Part shown: piece by piece, positions 19,801 through 29,752 of the stretch
Layout: each line of letters begins with the position of its first letter
Position numbering within the stretch: position 1 is the first letter of the stretch
From: Planctomycetales bacterium
GTDB lineage: Bacteria > 4484-113
NCBI GenBank assembly: GCA_037441675.1
Contig: JBBIRS010000003.1
Location: 1-64,000, forward strand
Reading direction: 5' to 3'
DNA length: 64,000 nucleotides
The notes under the pieces: model-generated
What the model saw: the letters and a program-made list of their open reading frames with translations, nothing else
Told to the model about the DNA's origin: nothing
Databases searched by the model: none
Program-made: the position numbers and the translations under genes

Positions 19801-20163
19801 CATTGCTATCTTGCTTTTATTACGAGCGGGAAAGCCGAAAGAATTTATCTCCACTTTTTGTGAAAACTAGCCTGTCGTTTCCGAAGTTATCGCGGCTAGA
19901 AGACCGGCGAGACTTCGGCGAGCCAGTGTGGGGAAGAGAAGTGTTGCATTCTTTCGATTCTATATGGCTGAGGACTACTTCACGTCCAAGTTATTTAGGT
20001 ATGCATATTAAGTAATGAAGCTCTGCATATAAATGTATGAAAGACGACGAGTTTTCCCTCAGCCCAGCTGGCAAGCCAAACCGAACCATCTGAGTGTGGT
20101 TATTTCTAGTGATTTTTTATTTTATGCGACCGTTATCGTTCAGAAGAATTCTTATGATACACT

Positions 20164-21207
20164 TTGAATGGAAAGATGCATGTGAAAGCCATAAGCTGGA
20201 ATGGGGACTACCTGGTGGCGCTTGATCAGACCAAACTTCCATTCTCGGAGCATCTAATTTATTTGAGAGAGGCGGATGATTACATAAAGGCGATAAGAGA
20301 GATGAGGGTGCGGGGAGCGCCTCTAATAGGAATAGTGGCTGGTTACGCTATAGCCCAAACTGCTATCAATAACTCAAACTTAGGATTTACTGCCTTTGAG
20401 AATAAACTTAGGAAGACCGCTCAGAGATTAGTGGAAGCGAGACCAACCGCGGTGAATCTAAAGTGGGCTGTGGAGAGAATGTTGAGAGTTCTGGATGACA
20501 ATATTCTCATCGGGGTGGATAGAATCGTGAAACTAATGGTTGAGGAAGCAAAGAGGATACATCAGGAGGAATTGAACGCGGAGATGAAAATCGCCGTCCT
20601 TGGAGCAAGCCTAATTTCGGCTAGAAGCGAGATTATCACCATCTGCAATACGGGAGAGCTTGCGACAGGTGGGATTGGGACTGGGCTTGGCGTTGTGCGG
20701 GAAGCTTTCAAACAAAACAAGGTCACAAAGGTCTGGGTTCTTGAGACGCGACCCTACATTCAGGGTAGGTTGACCGCATGGGAGCTTGCCAAAGATAGAA
20801 TTCCTTTCAGGTGCGTTGTGGATGGCGCAATTGGCGCGGTCTTGGAAAGGGTTAAGATTGATTGCGCAATTGTCGGTGCTGATAGAATTGCGGAAAATGG
20901 AGATTTCGCCAACAAGATTGGAACATATCCACTCGCGGTTCTTTGTCATAGGCACAGAGTGAAGTTTATCGTTTGCGCTCCTAGAAGCTCCTATGATTCT
21001 TCATGCAAGAGCGGGGATGATATTAAGATTGAGGAGAGAAGCGGAGATGAGGTGAGAAAATTTGGCAGAAGCTTCGTGCTTCCGAAGAATTATCCTGTAT
21101 GGAATCCTTCTTTTGATTTGACACCTGCGGAGCTTGTCTCGTATTACGTGAGCGAGGACGGAATTAAGGCAGGCAATCGGGCGCAGGCAGAGGTGGCAGA
21201 TAAATGA
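20164..21207 (+). CDS. mtnA: S-methyl-5-thioribose-1-phosphate isomerase
   Basis: LDQTKLP, MRVRGAPLIG, ARPTAVNL, TICNTGELAT, ETRP, GADRIAENGDFANKIGTY, WNPSFDLTP. Confidence 0.93.
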   Translation: MNGKMHVKAISWNGDYLVALDQTKLPFSEHLIYLREADDYIKAIREMRVRGAPLIGIVAGYAIAQTAINNSNLGFTAFENKLRKTAQRLVEARPTAVNLKWAVERMLRVLDDNILIGVDRIVKLMVEEAKRIHQEELNAEMKIAVLGASLISARSEIITICNTGELATGGIGTGLGVVREAFKQNKVTKVWVLETRPYIQGRLTAWELAKDRIPFRCVVDGAIGAVLERVKIDCAIVGADRIAENGDFANKIGTYPLAVLCHRHRVKFIVCAPRSSYDSSCKSGDDIKIEERSGDEVRKFGRSFVLPKNYPVWNPSFDLTPAELVSYYVSEDGIKAGNRAQAEVADK

Positions 21208-21884
21208 AACTTCTCGTTTCCATTCCAGAAAATAATCTTGACTTTGCTAAAAGCGCTGAAGCTGGTGGTGCAGACGCCATAAAAGTTCATCTAAACGTTA
21301 TTCACACGGCTTCTGGGGCTAGCTTTGGCTCGTGGAAAGAGGAGAGAGAACGAATTATAGCGATTATAGAAGCAGTAAAGTGCGAGGTATTTGTAATGCC
21401 CGGCGGACAAGCGCTTCCTTCAGAAGAAGATTTAGCGGAGATGCGCAAGCTTGGAATTGGGACACTGGACATCTTTGCGGAAAACATTAAACCATTTATG
21501 CTCTCAATGAAGCCAAAATTTGATCTATTTTTGGCGCTAAAGAACGCATCTGAGTTGAAACTAATGGATGCTTATTTAAGCTTGCTAAAAGATTCGTCAT
21601 TGAAAGCGGTGATGGTTGAGGCTTCTTACGTTAAAGAGGAGGATTATGGAAACAGGTTAACCCTTGCGGATATCGCGGGTTATCACTCTTTGGCGGAACG
21701 CTCGCCAATTCCGATTCTCATACCGACCCAAAAGTTGATTGATGCGAATGACATCCCCCTGCTTGTGCACAAAAATATCGGAGGGATTATGATTGGGGTG
21801 ATTGTTACCGGCAGGAGCCAAAGGAGCATTGAAACAGTTACGAGAAACTTCAGAAAACGAATTGATGCGGAGGGCAGAATTTGA
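21204..21884 (+). CDS. Uncharacterised TIM-barrel-like protein, translationally coupled to mtnA
   Basis: ATGA overlap; LLVSIPENN..AEAGGADAIKVHLNV.H.ASG, PILIPTQK, GIMIG. Confidence 0.7.
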   Translation: MKLLVSIPENNLDFAKSAEAGGADAIKVHLNVIHTASGASFGSWKEERERIIAIIEAVKCEVFVMPGGQALPSEEDLAEMRKLGIGTLDIFAENIKPFMLSMKPKFDLFLALKNASELKLMDAYLSLLKDSSLKAVMVEASYVKEEDYGNRLTLADIAGYHSLAERSPIPILIPTQKLIDANDIPLLVHKNIGGIMIGVIVTGRSQRSIETVTRNFRKRIDAEGRI

Positions 21885-22067
21885 GCTTATTCATAAATTA
21901 TTGGCTTTCTAAATGTGAAGGACTAGTATAATTGTGCAGGAGGGATTTAGGTGGTCGGGGACGTGGTAGGAAAGTGTCAAATGTGTGACGTTATGAGTTG
22001 AGCTAATTGCCACCATATTTCCTAACATCTTATAAGAGTGGACACTTCTAGCGGTGTGCAGGTAGCT

Positions 22068-23597
22068 ATGAAACTGGTGTATTTACCATTAGATGATAGA
22101 CCGATGAGCACAGGATGGGTGCGCAGAGCTTGCACTTTGCTACCTGTTCCGGTGGTGGTTCCATCAAAAGATGAGATAGGCACAAGATACAGACCTGCGG
22201 ATTTCGGGAGAACCTCAGGTTGGTTGAATTCAGTTGTGACCGCGGATGATGTGCTGGTGCTTTCTATGGATACGCTTCTAAACGGCGGGCTGGTTCATGG
22301 TAGAACTTCAACAGTATCATCCGATAGATTGGATGGTACTCTTCAGTTAATGAGAAATCTTAAGTCAAAGGTGGGCAGGAATGGCAAGATTTTAGGTTTC
22401 TACATTTGGAAGAGGTTGTGGGGGAACCTGTTTAAGGAGGAAGAAATTGCCAAGGTGAGCGAGTTGCAGAAAATTTCATTGAAAATTGCGGAGGGGATAA
22501 GGTCTGGGAATAGGGATTATGCGAATTACATTAGACTTCTCTCCAGGGGCGCGGGGCTTGAGGATTGGATGGATAAATCGTTAATTATGGATTTTGCTCG
22601 CTACCGCCTTAGATTGAGAAAGGAAGTACTCACCTTACTTGAGCTTAGAAGAAATGAGCTTGATTTTCTCCATATCGCCAGAGAGGATAACGATGGTAAA
22701 GGAATAACTCCCTATGAGCTTCAGTCAATCTCAGATGAAGCTAAAAGGATGGGATTAACCTTCTCATCCTCTGAGGGCGGCGATGAAGCGGGTATGCTGT
22801 TAATTTGCTATGCCGTGGCAAATTACTTAAAGAGACCCATTCAAGAACTAACCTTGGAAATAAAAGACAGAGGAAATTTGCAGAAAACACCTCATTACGA
22901 AGGGGCGATACTGGAGCAGACTCTTAAGAGAATGATTCAAATAGCAAAGATTAGCACTAATCCGCCTGCTAGGGTAGGTTCTTTTCTAAACATTATTCTT
23001 GACGGAACAATTGAGTGGGGTGATCCTCTATTATCAATAAAGAACGAAATGGAGAGTATTCCATCAATGGATAAATTGCTGAGCGAGATAAAGCCTGCTA
23101 AGCGCATTCTAAGGTTTAGCATTGTCGCAAATTTAACCGCTATTAACGGGGTCAACTTCAGACTTGTTGAATGGCTAGCGAGTGAGGAGACTCTACCTCT
23201 CTGCGTTGTTCAAAGCGGGACTATCGCCAATCGTATCGGGTATGTCTTTTTTCTTGGGACAGTTTTGCGGTATGGTCTTGAAAGAAAGGTTCCAGAACCA
23301 GGGGTTTGGACGAATCTATCTAGAGTAATTATCGCCACGTACTTGGAAGAGGTTGTATTCTGCGGATACTTAAGAACTTGGGCAATGAAGAAGTTTGGGG
23401 GAATTGAGCCTGGGGATGCGGGCGTTCAGGCTCTTGCGGAAGTGGAAATGAGTAACTTTTTGAGAGAGTTTGCAAGGATGAAGTTTAACGGCGCGGAGTT
23501 TCTTGAGAGAAAAATAGAAATTTTGGATGTGAGGCTGCGTCTTCCATGGGATAGATGGTTTGAGTGTGAGGTAGAGGTTCATGTCCAACCGCGATAG
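22068..23597 (+). CDS. DUF4127-like protein
   Basis: MKLVYLPLDDRP, LSMDTLLNGGLVHGR, EDN, GGDEAG, LPWDRWFE. Confidence 0.7.
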   Translation: MKLVYLPLDDRPMSTGWVRRACTLLPVPVVVPSKDEIGTRYRPADFGRTSGWLNSVVTADDVLVLSMDTLLNGGLVHGRTSTVSSDRLDGTLQLMRNLKSKVGRNGKILGFYIWKRLWGNLFKEEEIAKVSELQKISLKIAEGIRSGNRDYANYIRLLSRGAGLEDWMDKSLIMDFARYRLRLRKEVLTLLELRRNELDFLHIAREDNDGKGITPYELQSISDEAKRMGLTFSSSEGGDEAGMLLICYAVANYLKRPIQELTLEIKDRGNLQKTPHYEGAILEQTLKRMIQIAKISTNPPARVGSFLNIILDGTIEWGDPLLSIKNEMESIPSMDKLLSEIKPAKRILRFSIVANLTAINGVNFRLVEWLASEETLPLCVVQSGTIANRIGYVFFLGTVLRYGLERKVPEPGVWTNLSRVIIATYLEEVVFCGYLRTWAMKKFGGIEPGDAGVQALAEVEMSNFLREFARMKFNGAEFLERKIEILDVRLRLPWDRWFECEVEVHVQPR

Positions 23598-23665
23598 ATT
23601 GGGACTTAAACGGTGCATGGCGGGCAAGGTGAAAAGTGCTGTAGGTTATCTTTGGTGAGCTGTCA

Positions 23666-25048
23666 GTGGCTGAAATATATTCAGACATCGTAATCATTGG
23701 TGGAGGAATGGCTGGAGTTTGCTCCGCAATTTCTGCGAGAAGACAAAAGGTTTCAGTTGTTCTCGTTGAGCGAGCGAACCTGCTTGGAGGGTGTTCAACT
23801 CTTGCTATGGTCCAACCTTGGCAGGGCTTCTTTACCGCTGGTTCAAGGGAAAATCCGTCTGGTAGGCAAATCATATTCGGCATCGCACAAGAGATTGTGA
23901 ACGAGCTTGTTGAACTTGGAGCATCAGCTGGGCATATTCCTGACCCGATTGGCTTTGCGGGAAGCATCACGCCTATAAACCCCGCAGTGCTTTCTGCGCA
24001 TTTGGTTCACAAATTGCATAGCGAGGGTGTGACCCTACTATTAGGTGCTAGGTTAATTAAGGTAAAGAGGTGTGGTAGCAGTATAACAAGCGTTTTTTGC
24101 GAATGTGGTGAAGTTGAGCGGAAGGAAATCCTAGAAATTCGCGCAAAAGTTTACATAGACGCAAGTGGCGGTTCAGCACTTTTCAGGCTCGCAGGTGAGG
24201 AGCTGATAGTTTCTGAGAAGCCTCAAGCCTGGACACACATTTTCACCCTTGCGCCAGTTGACGAGGAGGAGGTAAGAGATTACATTTATAAACATCCAAA
24301 AGATTTTGTACTGGCGCCCAACTGGAAGGAGCTTATTTCAGGATTTACCGCGGTTTCAGGTTTTTTCTCTCTTGTTAAAAAGGCTCGTGAGGCTGGGAAG
24401 TTTCCCTGCCCAAGGGATAGATTGCTCTTCTTCGGTGGAGCTCACAAAGGTGAAATAACCGTCAATACCACGAGGGTCTTTCCGCCTAAGGGTTACTTTA
24501 GAAAATCCGCAAAGGAACAGGAGATAATCTCCGCAAAGCTAAAATCTGAAGGGCTTCTTCAGGTTTATGAACTTACTAAATTTATGAGGGAAAGAGTTCC
24601 GGGTTTTAAGCATTCTGAATTGCATCAGCTTGCACCAGAGATTGGAATAAGAGAAAGTTATCGGCTGAGGGGCAGAGCTACTCTGCGGGGGAGGGATGTA
24701 ATATTCGGGAGAATGCCTAGGGACTGCATCGCACTTGGCGGGTATCCAATTGATATTCACGTATCCGGCTCGTCCGCGCTGAGGACAAACAGAGTGGGAG
24801 GTGATGGCATATACGGCATTCCTCTTGGAGCGCTTCTTCCGCGCAACATTGCAAATGCAGTTGCGGCTGGGCGCATTATTTCCGCTGATTCGCAAGCGTT
24901 CGCAAGCTCGCGCATCACCGCAACTGTTATGTCGGTGGGTGAATCAGGGGGAAGGATAGCGGTAAAGCTCCTCATGGGCGAAAAACTTGACACTGAGGAA
25001 ATTCTCGGAGATATTAATCTAGGTGCTTCAAGAGAAAAAGATGGGTAG
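23666..25048 (+). CDS. FAD-dependent oxidoreductase (FAD_oxidored family)
   Basis: VIIGGGMAGV.SAI, LGGCST, IGIRESYRL.G, YPIDIH, YGIP, AGR.IS.D..A.ASSR. Confidence 0.85.
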   Translation: MAEIYSDIVIIGGGMAGVCSAISARRQKVSVVLVERANLLGGCSTLAMVQPWQGFFTAGSRENPSGRQIIFGIAQEIVNELVELGASAGHIPDPIGFAGSITPINPAVLSAHLVHKLHSEGVTLLLGARLIKVKRCGSSITSVFCECGEVERKEILEIRAKVYIDASGGSALFRLAGEELIVSEKPQAWTHIFTLAPVDEEEVRDYIYKHPKDFVLAPNWKELISGFTAVSGFFSLVKKAREAGKFPCPRDRLLFFGGAHKGEITVNTTRVFPPKGYFRKSAKEQEIISAKLKSEGLLQVYELTKFMRERVPGFKHSELHQLAPEIGIRESYRLRGRATLRGRDVIFGRMPRDCIALGGYPIDIHVSGSSALRTNRVGGDGIYGIPLGALLPRNIANAVAAGRIISADSQAFASSRITATVMSVGESGGRIAVKLLMGEKLDTEEILGDINLGASREKDG

Positions 25049-25121
25049 GATAGGCTAAGGTTCAGCGCGTTCAAAGCCGAGCAGATGAAATCAAAGATAA
25101 CCTTTGAAAACTAATGTTCAA

Positions 25122-25150
25122 TTGACACTGCTTTTCAGGTAAAGTATATT
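25122..25150 (+). promoter_or_regulatory. Sigma70 promoter of the tRNA pair
   Basis: TTGACA-N17-TATATT. Confidence 0.8.
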
Positions 25151-25243
25151 AGTAGAAGCAGAGCTTAGTAAAGGCAAAAGTTAGTAAAAGTATAAGCGTG
25201 GTGAATGCAGGAGCTTAGTAAAAGCGGAAGCTAACAAGAAAGC

Positions 25244-25330
25244 GGATGGGTGCCCGAGAGGCTAAAGGGGCCAGACTGTAAATCTGGTGCGCTTCGCGCT
25301 TCGGTGGTTCGAATCCGCCCCCATCCACCA
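25244..25330 (+). tRNA. tRNA-Tyr (GTA), CCA encoded
   Basis: Acceptor GGATGGG/CCCATCC, anticodon arm CCAGA-CTGTAAA-TCTGG, long variable arm, GGTTCGAATCC. Confidence 0.97.
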
Positions 25331-25338
25331 TAAACTTT

Positions 25339-25409
25339 GCGGGAGTAGCTCAGTGGTAGAGCGCCAGCCTTCCAAGCTGGTTACGCGGGTTCGATTCCCG
25401 TCTCCCGCT
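25339..25409 (+). tRNA. tRNA-Gly (TCC), CCA not encoded
   Basis: Acceptor GCGGGAG/CTCCCGC, anticodon arm CCAGC-CTTCCAA-GCTGG, GGTTCGATTCC. Confidence 0.97.
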
Positions 25410-25451
25410 ATGGGATAGATTTCAGTTCTTTGTAGTTGATTTTTTAAGGAC

Positions 25452-25516
25452 TGGGGCGAGGATGCCCGTGATCCAAATAAAGGTACTGGAGGGCGCGAAC
25501 TCGTATCGCGACGAAA
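25452..25516. repeat. Composite REP-like repeat
   Basis: Closely similar to 36972-37035 (gcccgtgatccaaataaaggtactg.agggcgcgaactcgtatcgcg). Confidence 0.8.
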
Positions 25517-25612
25517 ATCTAATATATACCGTACCATTTCCCCCTCTAGATTTTCGCTTTTTTCTCTCATTTCGCTATCTCCCCCAATCCATTGTATGCT
25601 AGTATCTAATTT

Positions 25613-26800
25613 ATGAGAGGAAAATCCCAAAAAACAAAAGCGGTTCAGGGAAAGAAGCGAGAGAAGTATCCAAATCTTTCTGGCACTCCGCCCATTTATT
25701 TGACAAGCACGTTCGCGTTTGCCAGCGTGGATGAGGGAGCGCGCATTGCCCGCGGTGAAGGTTCTGGCTTTATGTACACTCGACTATCCAATCCAACGAT
25801 TGATGTCTGGGTTGAAAGGGTGTGCGAACTTGAGGAAGGCGGAGGAGGTTGCGCAACATCTAGTGGTATGTCCGCAATTGCCTCAACAATCCTTCATCTC
25901 TGCCATGCGGGCGATAATTTCATCGCTAGCAATATGCTTTACTCTGGAACTTTCCGCTTCTTCAAGGACATTCTACCCAAGTATGGTATTGAGTGCAGAT
26001 TTTGCGACTTGCATTATCTGGAAAACTTGCAGAGCCTGATTGATGGTGGAACGCGCGCTATTTTCCTTGAATCGCCTGATAATCCACTTCTTCGCGTGTA
26101 TGATCTTGAAGAGATCGTTAAAGTGGCGCATGAAAAAGCTGTGCCTGTCATTTTTGACAACACATTTATGACCCCCGCGTTGTTCAAGCCCCTGAATTGG
26201 GGCGTTGACATTGTCGTTCACTCCGCCACGAAGTATCTCTCGGGTAATGGTTCACTCATTGCGGGCATCATCATCACTAAAGATCCCGCTCTTGCCACCG
26301 ACATAAAGCATCACACCGTTTACAACTTTGGTGGAATCCTTTCACCGGTGAACGCGTGGATACTCGCGATGAACTTCCAGACGCTTCCAATACGAATGCA
26401 GGCTCATTCCGAAAACTCCATGAAGGTCGCTAAATTCTTGGAATCGGATAAGCGCATCGCCTGGATAAATTATCCAGGACTTGACTCCCATCCCGATTCA
26501 AAGTTTGCCAAAAAGTACTTTACGGAAGGTTTTTCGGGGATGATTGCCTTTGGTTTGAAGGGAGGAGCGGAAGCCTGCGTGCGCCTGTGCGAAATCGTTG
26601 AACTTATCTCCCATCAGGTAAGCCTTGGGGATACGAAGACGCTTATTGTCCACCCATACTCCATTTTCTTTGAAAGCGTAAGCGATGACGAGCGGGCAAA
26701 GATGGGCATTACGCCTGATATGCTACGTCTCTCCGTTGGCCTAGAAGATGCCGAAGATATTATTAAGGATTTGGACAGAGCGATGCCCGCAAAGTTCTGA
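25613..26800 (+). CDS. Cys/Met metabolism PLP enzyme (methionine gamma-lyase / transsulfuration family)
   Basis: PPIYLTSTF, YTRLSNPT, SSGMSAI, DNTF, HSATKYLSG, VSLGDTKTL, RLSVGLED. Confidence 0.92.
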   Translation: MRGKSQKTKAVQGKKREKYPNLSGTPPIYLTSTFAFASVDEGARIARGEGSGFMYTRLSNPTIDVWVERVCELEEGGGGCATSSGMSAIASTILHLCHAGDNFIASNMLYSGTFRFFKDILPKYGIECRFCDLHYLENLQSLIDGGTRAIFLESPDNPLLRVYDLEEIVKVAHEKAVPVIFDNTFMTPALFKPLNWGVDIVVHSATKYLSGNGSLIAGIIITKDPALATDIKHHTVYNFGGILSPVNAWILAMNFQTLPIRMQAHSENSMKVAKFLESDKRIAWINYPGLDSHPDSKFAKKYFTEGFSGMIAFGLKGGAEACVRLCEIVELISHQVSLGDTKTLIVHPYSIFFESVSDDERAKMGITPDMLRLSVGLEDAEDIIKDLDRAMPAKF

Positions 26801-26802
26801 AC

Positions 26803-26990
26803 TGCGGGAGCAAGCCCTCCGCCCCACAAGCCAAGCTCATTGCGAATAGCCATTCCCAATCCGAAGTGCAGTTCAAAAGGATAGGAATTATTCACCGCCT
26901 TACTTTCTTCTTCCGATAGCCTAAAGAGAACCACTCGAACCGCCTCTTCCACGGTTTTGGAAAGCTCCTTTTTATTTTCTTTCTTCTTGG
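26803..26990 (-). pseudogene. Truncated DUF6794-like gene fragment ending in a REP-like repeat
   Basis: SKTVEEAV...LHFGLGMAIRNELGLW runs directly into gcggagggcttgctcccgcag, which matches the repeat at 61948. Confidence 0.6.
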
Positions 26991-27078
26991 GCTAAGGGGT
27001 ACTTCAAAGGTGTGTCGCCGATGATGTTGAAACCGCGAAAAGTTTACATCAGCGTGAATTTCGATTCACATCATCGTA

Positions 27079-28278
27079 TTAGATTCCGAGCGCGTCCAGT
27101 TTCTCCCAGGGTAGATCCAAATCCGCTCTTCCGAAATGCCCATAGCAGGCGGTTTGGCGGTAGATGGGAGCTTTCAATCCAAGCCTTTCAATAATCGCTT
27201 TCGGGCGGAAGTCAAATAAGCTCTTGTCCTTCAAAAGAGCGTCAATCTTTTCAAGCGGAACTTTCTCCGTCCCGAAAGTTTCAAAGCTAATCCCCAGAGG
27301 CCTTGCGCGTCCAATGGCGTAGGCAACGGAAATTTCCAACATTTCCGCCACACCTGCGGACACTAGATTCTTCGCCACGTATCTCGCATAGTAGCTTCCG
27401 CTTCTATCTACCTTGCTCGCATCCTTACCTGAAAAGCTTCCTCCACCGTGACGAGCGTAACCGCCGTAAGTGTCAACGACAATCTTTCGCCCGCTCAACC
27501 CTGTGTCCGCAAGTGGTCCTCCCTTCACAAATTTGCCCGATGGATTCACAAGAACGCGATCAGAATCAATTTTTCCCCCCGGGAACCACTCTAGTGGTAT
27601 CACCTTCTCAATTACTTCTTCAATTATGCTTTCCTTCATCGCGGAAAGCGTTATCGATTCTTTATGCTGGCAGGAGATAAGAACTCGTTCAACCGAAACT
27701 GGAATTAGCCCATCAAATTTCATAGTTACTTGCGTCTTCCCGTCAGGACCGAGGAAATCCAGAATGCCTTCCTTGCGGACGAATGCCAGCCTTCTCGCCA
27801 ATTCATGGGCGAAGAATATTGGAAGTGGCATAAAAGTACCAGGCTGAACGCGTTCACTCTGGGTGCAGGCGTAACCAAACATCATACCCTGATCGCCAGC
27901 TCCCTGTGTATCGTATTCATCCATCGCAATTCCAAGTCGGACTTCCTCAGAGGTGAAAACTCCTTCCGCAATGTCACTGCTCTGCTCATCGATGGAGACT
28001 AGGACTCCGCATGTTGCACCGTCAAAACCAAATGCGGGTGAGTGGTAGCCAATCTCCTGAAGAGTTTTTCGCGCAACACCGTTCATATCGGAGTAACATT
28101 TGGTGGTAACCTCGCCAGTTATTACTATGAGCCCGGTGGTGCAAAGAACCTCCACCGCAACACGAGCGTCATTGTCCTTGGAAAGAATATCGTCCAGTAT
28201 TGCGTCTGCAATACAGTCGCAGACTTTGTCAGGATGCCCTTCGGTTACCGATTCACTTGTAAAAAGATTTTCCGCCAA
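27079..28278 (-). CDS. metK: S-adenosylmethionine synthetase
   Basis: FTSESVTEGHPDK, GAGDQG, GRKIVVDTYGG, GGGSFSGKD, YGHFGR. Confidence 0.97.
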   Translation of the reverse strand: MAENLFTSESVTEGHPDKVCDCIADAILDDILSKDNDARVAVEVLCTTGLIVITGEVTTKCYSDMNGVARKTLQEIGYHSPAFGFDGATCGVLVSIDEQSSDIAEGVFTSEEVRLGIAMDEYDTQGAGDQGMMFGYACTQSERVQPGTFMPLPIFFAHELARRLAFVRKEGILDFLGPDGKTQVTMKFDGLIPVSVERVLISCQHKESITLSAMKESIIEEVIEKVIPLEWFPGGKIDSDRVLVNPSGKFVKGGPLADTGLSGRKIVVDTYGGYARHGGGSFSGKDASKVDRSGSYYARYVAKNLVSAGVAEMLEISVAYAIGRARPLGISFETFGTEKVPLEKIDALLKDKSLFDFRPKAIIERLGLKAPIYRQTACYGHFGRADLDLPWEKLDALGI

Positions 28279-28534
28279 TGTTCTTCTCCGCTTGAAAATG
28301 ATTGAAGCTTTCCAATTTTAGCACGCAGAAGTGCGAAGTGTGACCTTGAACGCGAGAATTTGTCTCGAGAAATTATAGAATTTTTAGTATCCTATGGCGC
28401 AAGTGGATTTATGAAAAGTTTCGTTCATGATGGAAATCGCTAATGGCTTTTCACAAACATCTAAGAAAGCCAGGTTAAACCGTTCATGACAAAGATTATC
28501 TCATTTCTTAAAGGGACCAACCAAGACTTTTGAG

Positions 28535-29093
28535 CCCTTTAACCTCCACCTCCACCCCTTGCCAACCGTAAGGCGCTAGCGATTTGTATGCTGAAGATGA
28601 ATCGCGCTCTCAACCAGGTTTGAGGAAGAGCCATCCTGAAAAGAAACTTAAGCTAAGAGCTTTCGCTCTGCGGGGGTAAAATCGCTAAAGTCTTTGAATT
28701 TCGCAACCTTTGCCACTCCTAATTTTCCAAGAAGATCAGCGTCCCGACGCAATTTTCGATAGAAGGGCGGTTCGTTGAGCTGCGCTTTCCATTTACTAGA
28801 AGGCTCGCAGGAATAACCTTTGCTTTGGCGATCTCATCTAACGTGAAGCCCGTTTCTATAACCTCCTTAATCTTTTTCAGGGCTTCCTCATCTGGAATTC
28901 GCTTGTAGATTTCTGAAGAGTTGTTTATATATTTTGAAGACCGACTGAGTTCACGATAGTAAGGATACTCGCTGTATACTTTCGCCGGGGCTATGGCTGA
29001 GATTAAGATGCCTGCTAGGTATATTCAGCAAAAGATGTAGAGCGCTCTTAAATTGGGAGAACCTATACTTGATACTTTCCAATTAAAGTTCAT
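28535..29093 (-). pseudogene. Degraded exported-protein gene (in-frame stops + frameshift), missing from the ORF track
   Basis: GAGGTGG RBS + ATG 29093: MNFNWKVSSIGSPNLRALYIFC*IYLAGILISAIAPAKVYSEYPYY...EEALKKIKEVIETG, then another frame GYSCEPSSKWKAQLNEPPFYRKLRRDADLLGKLG...LLA*VLF. Confidence 0.6.
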
Positions 29094-29216
29094 AATCCAC
29101 CTCTCTAAACTCTCATAAGTAAAACAAACTTGGATTCACTATAACATCAATTTGTTCCCAGTTGTTGCTCAATGAGAAATTACTCTGAAAGAGCAAGGAT
29201 AAGCTATAATTTGCAC

Positions 29217-29729
29217 GTGCCACCAAAAACTTTACTTTTAGGCGTGGGCAATCCAATTCTCTCAGATGATCAGGCGGGACTTTTAGTTGCTGAGCTAGTG
29301 AAGGTTATACTTGAGGGAAAGGGGGAGATGCTTCCTAAGTGGTTATCAATTGAAACTGCTGAGAGAGGTGGCCTTGAATTTACGGAAAGGTTGAGCGGAT
29401 TTGAAAGAGCAATCATTGTGGACACTCTAAAAACGGATGGTGAGAGGATTGGGCAAACTTATGAGTTAACCGAGGATGATTTTGAAAAAACCGAACATCT
29501 CACGAGCTATCACGGAATAAACTTCTTTACCGCAGTTGAACTTGGCAGAAGGCTTGGACTTAAGATGCCTTCAGAGATTAAGGTCTTCGCTATTGAGATT
29601 AGCGAGAATCAGATAATTAGCGAGCAGATTCATCCCGAGGTTATGCGAGCGGTAAAAGAGCTTAGCAAAAGGCTGGTTCTGATGTTGCTTAGGGACACTC
29701 TCGAGCTAGTGCCAGATTCCCACGAATAA
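29217..29729 (+). CDS. Hydrogenase maturation protease (HycI/HybD family); GTG start at 29217
   Basis: LLLGVGNPILSDDQAG, AIIVD, SYHG. Confidence 0.9.
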   Translation: MPPKTLLLGVGNPILSDDQAGLLVAELVKVILEGKGEMLPKWLSIETAERGGLEFTERLSGFERAIIVDTLKTDGERIGQTYELTEDDFEKTEHLTSYHGINFFTAVELGRRLGLKMPSEIKVFAIEISENQIISEQIHPEVMRAVKELSKRLVLMLLRDTLELVPDSHE

Positions 29730-29752
29730 GAGTACGAGGCTAGGAGGAGAAT

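Noticed and set aside
19803..20160. Possible ncRNA or SAM riboswitch upstream of mtnA (weak stem ctagcc...ggctag)
   Set aside because: I could not find SAM-I or other riboswitch consensus elements by eye. The region stays unexplained and an Rfam scan would be needed.
25262..25630. 122-aa minus-strand ORF
   Set aside because: It is antisense to the two tRNA genes and a REP element.
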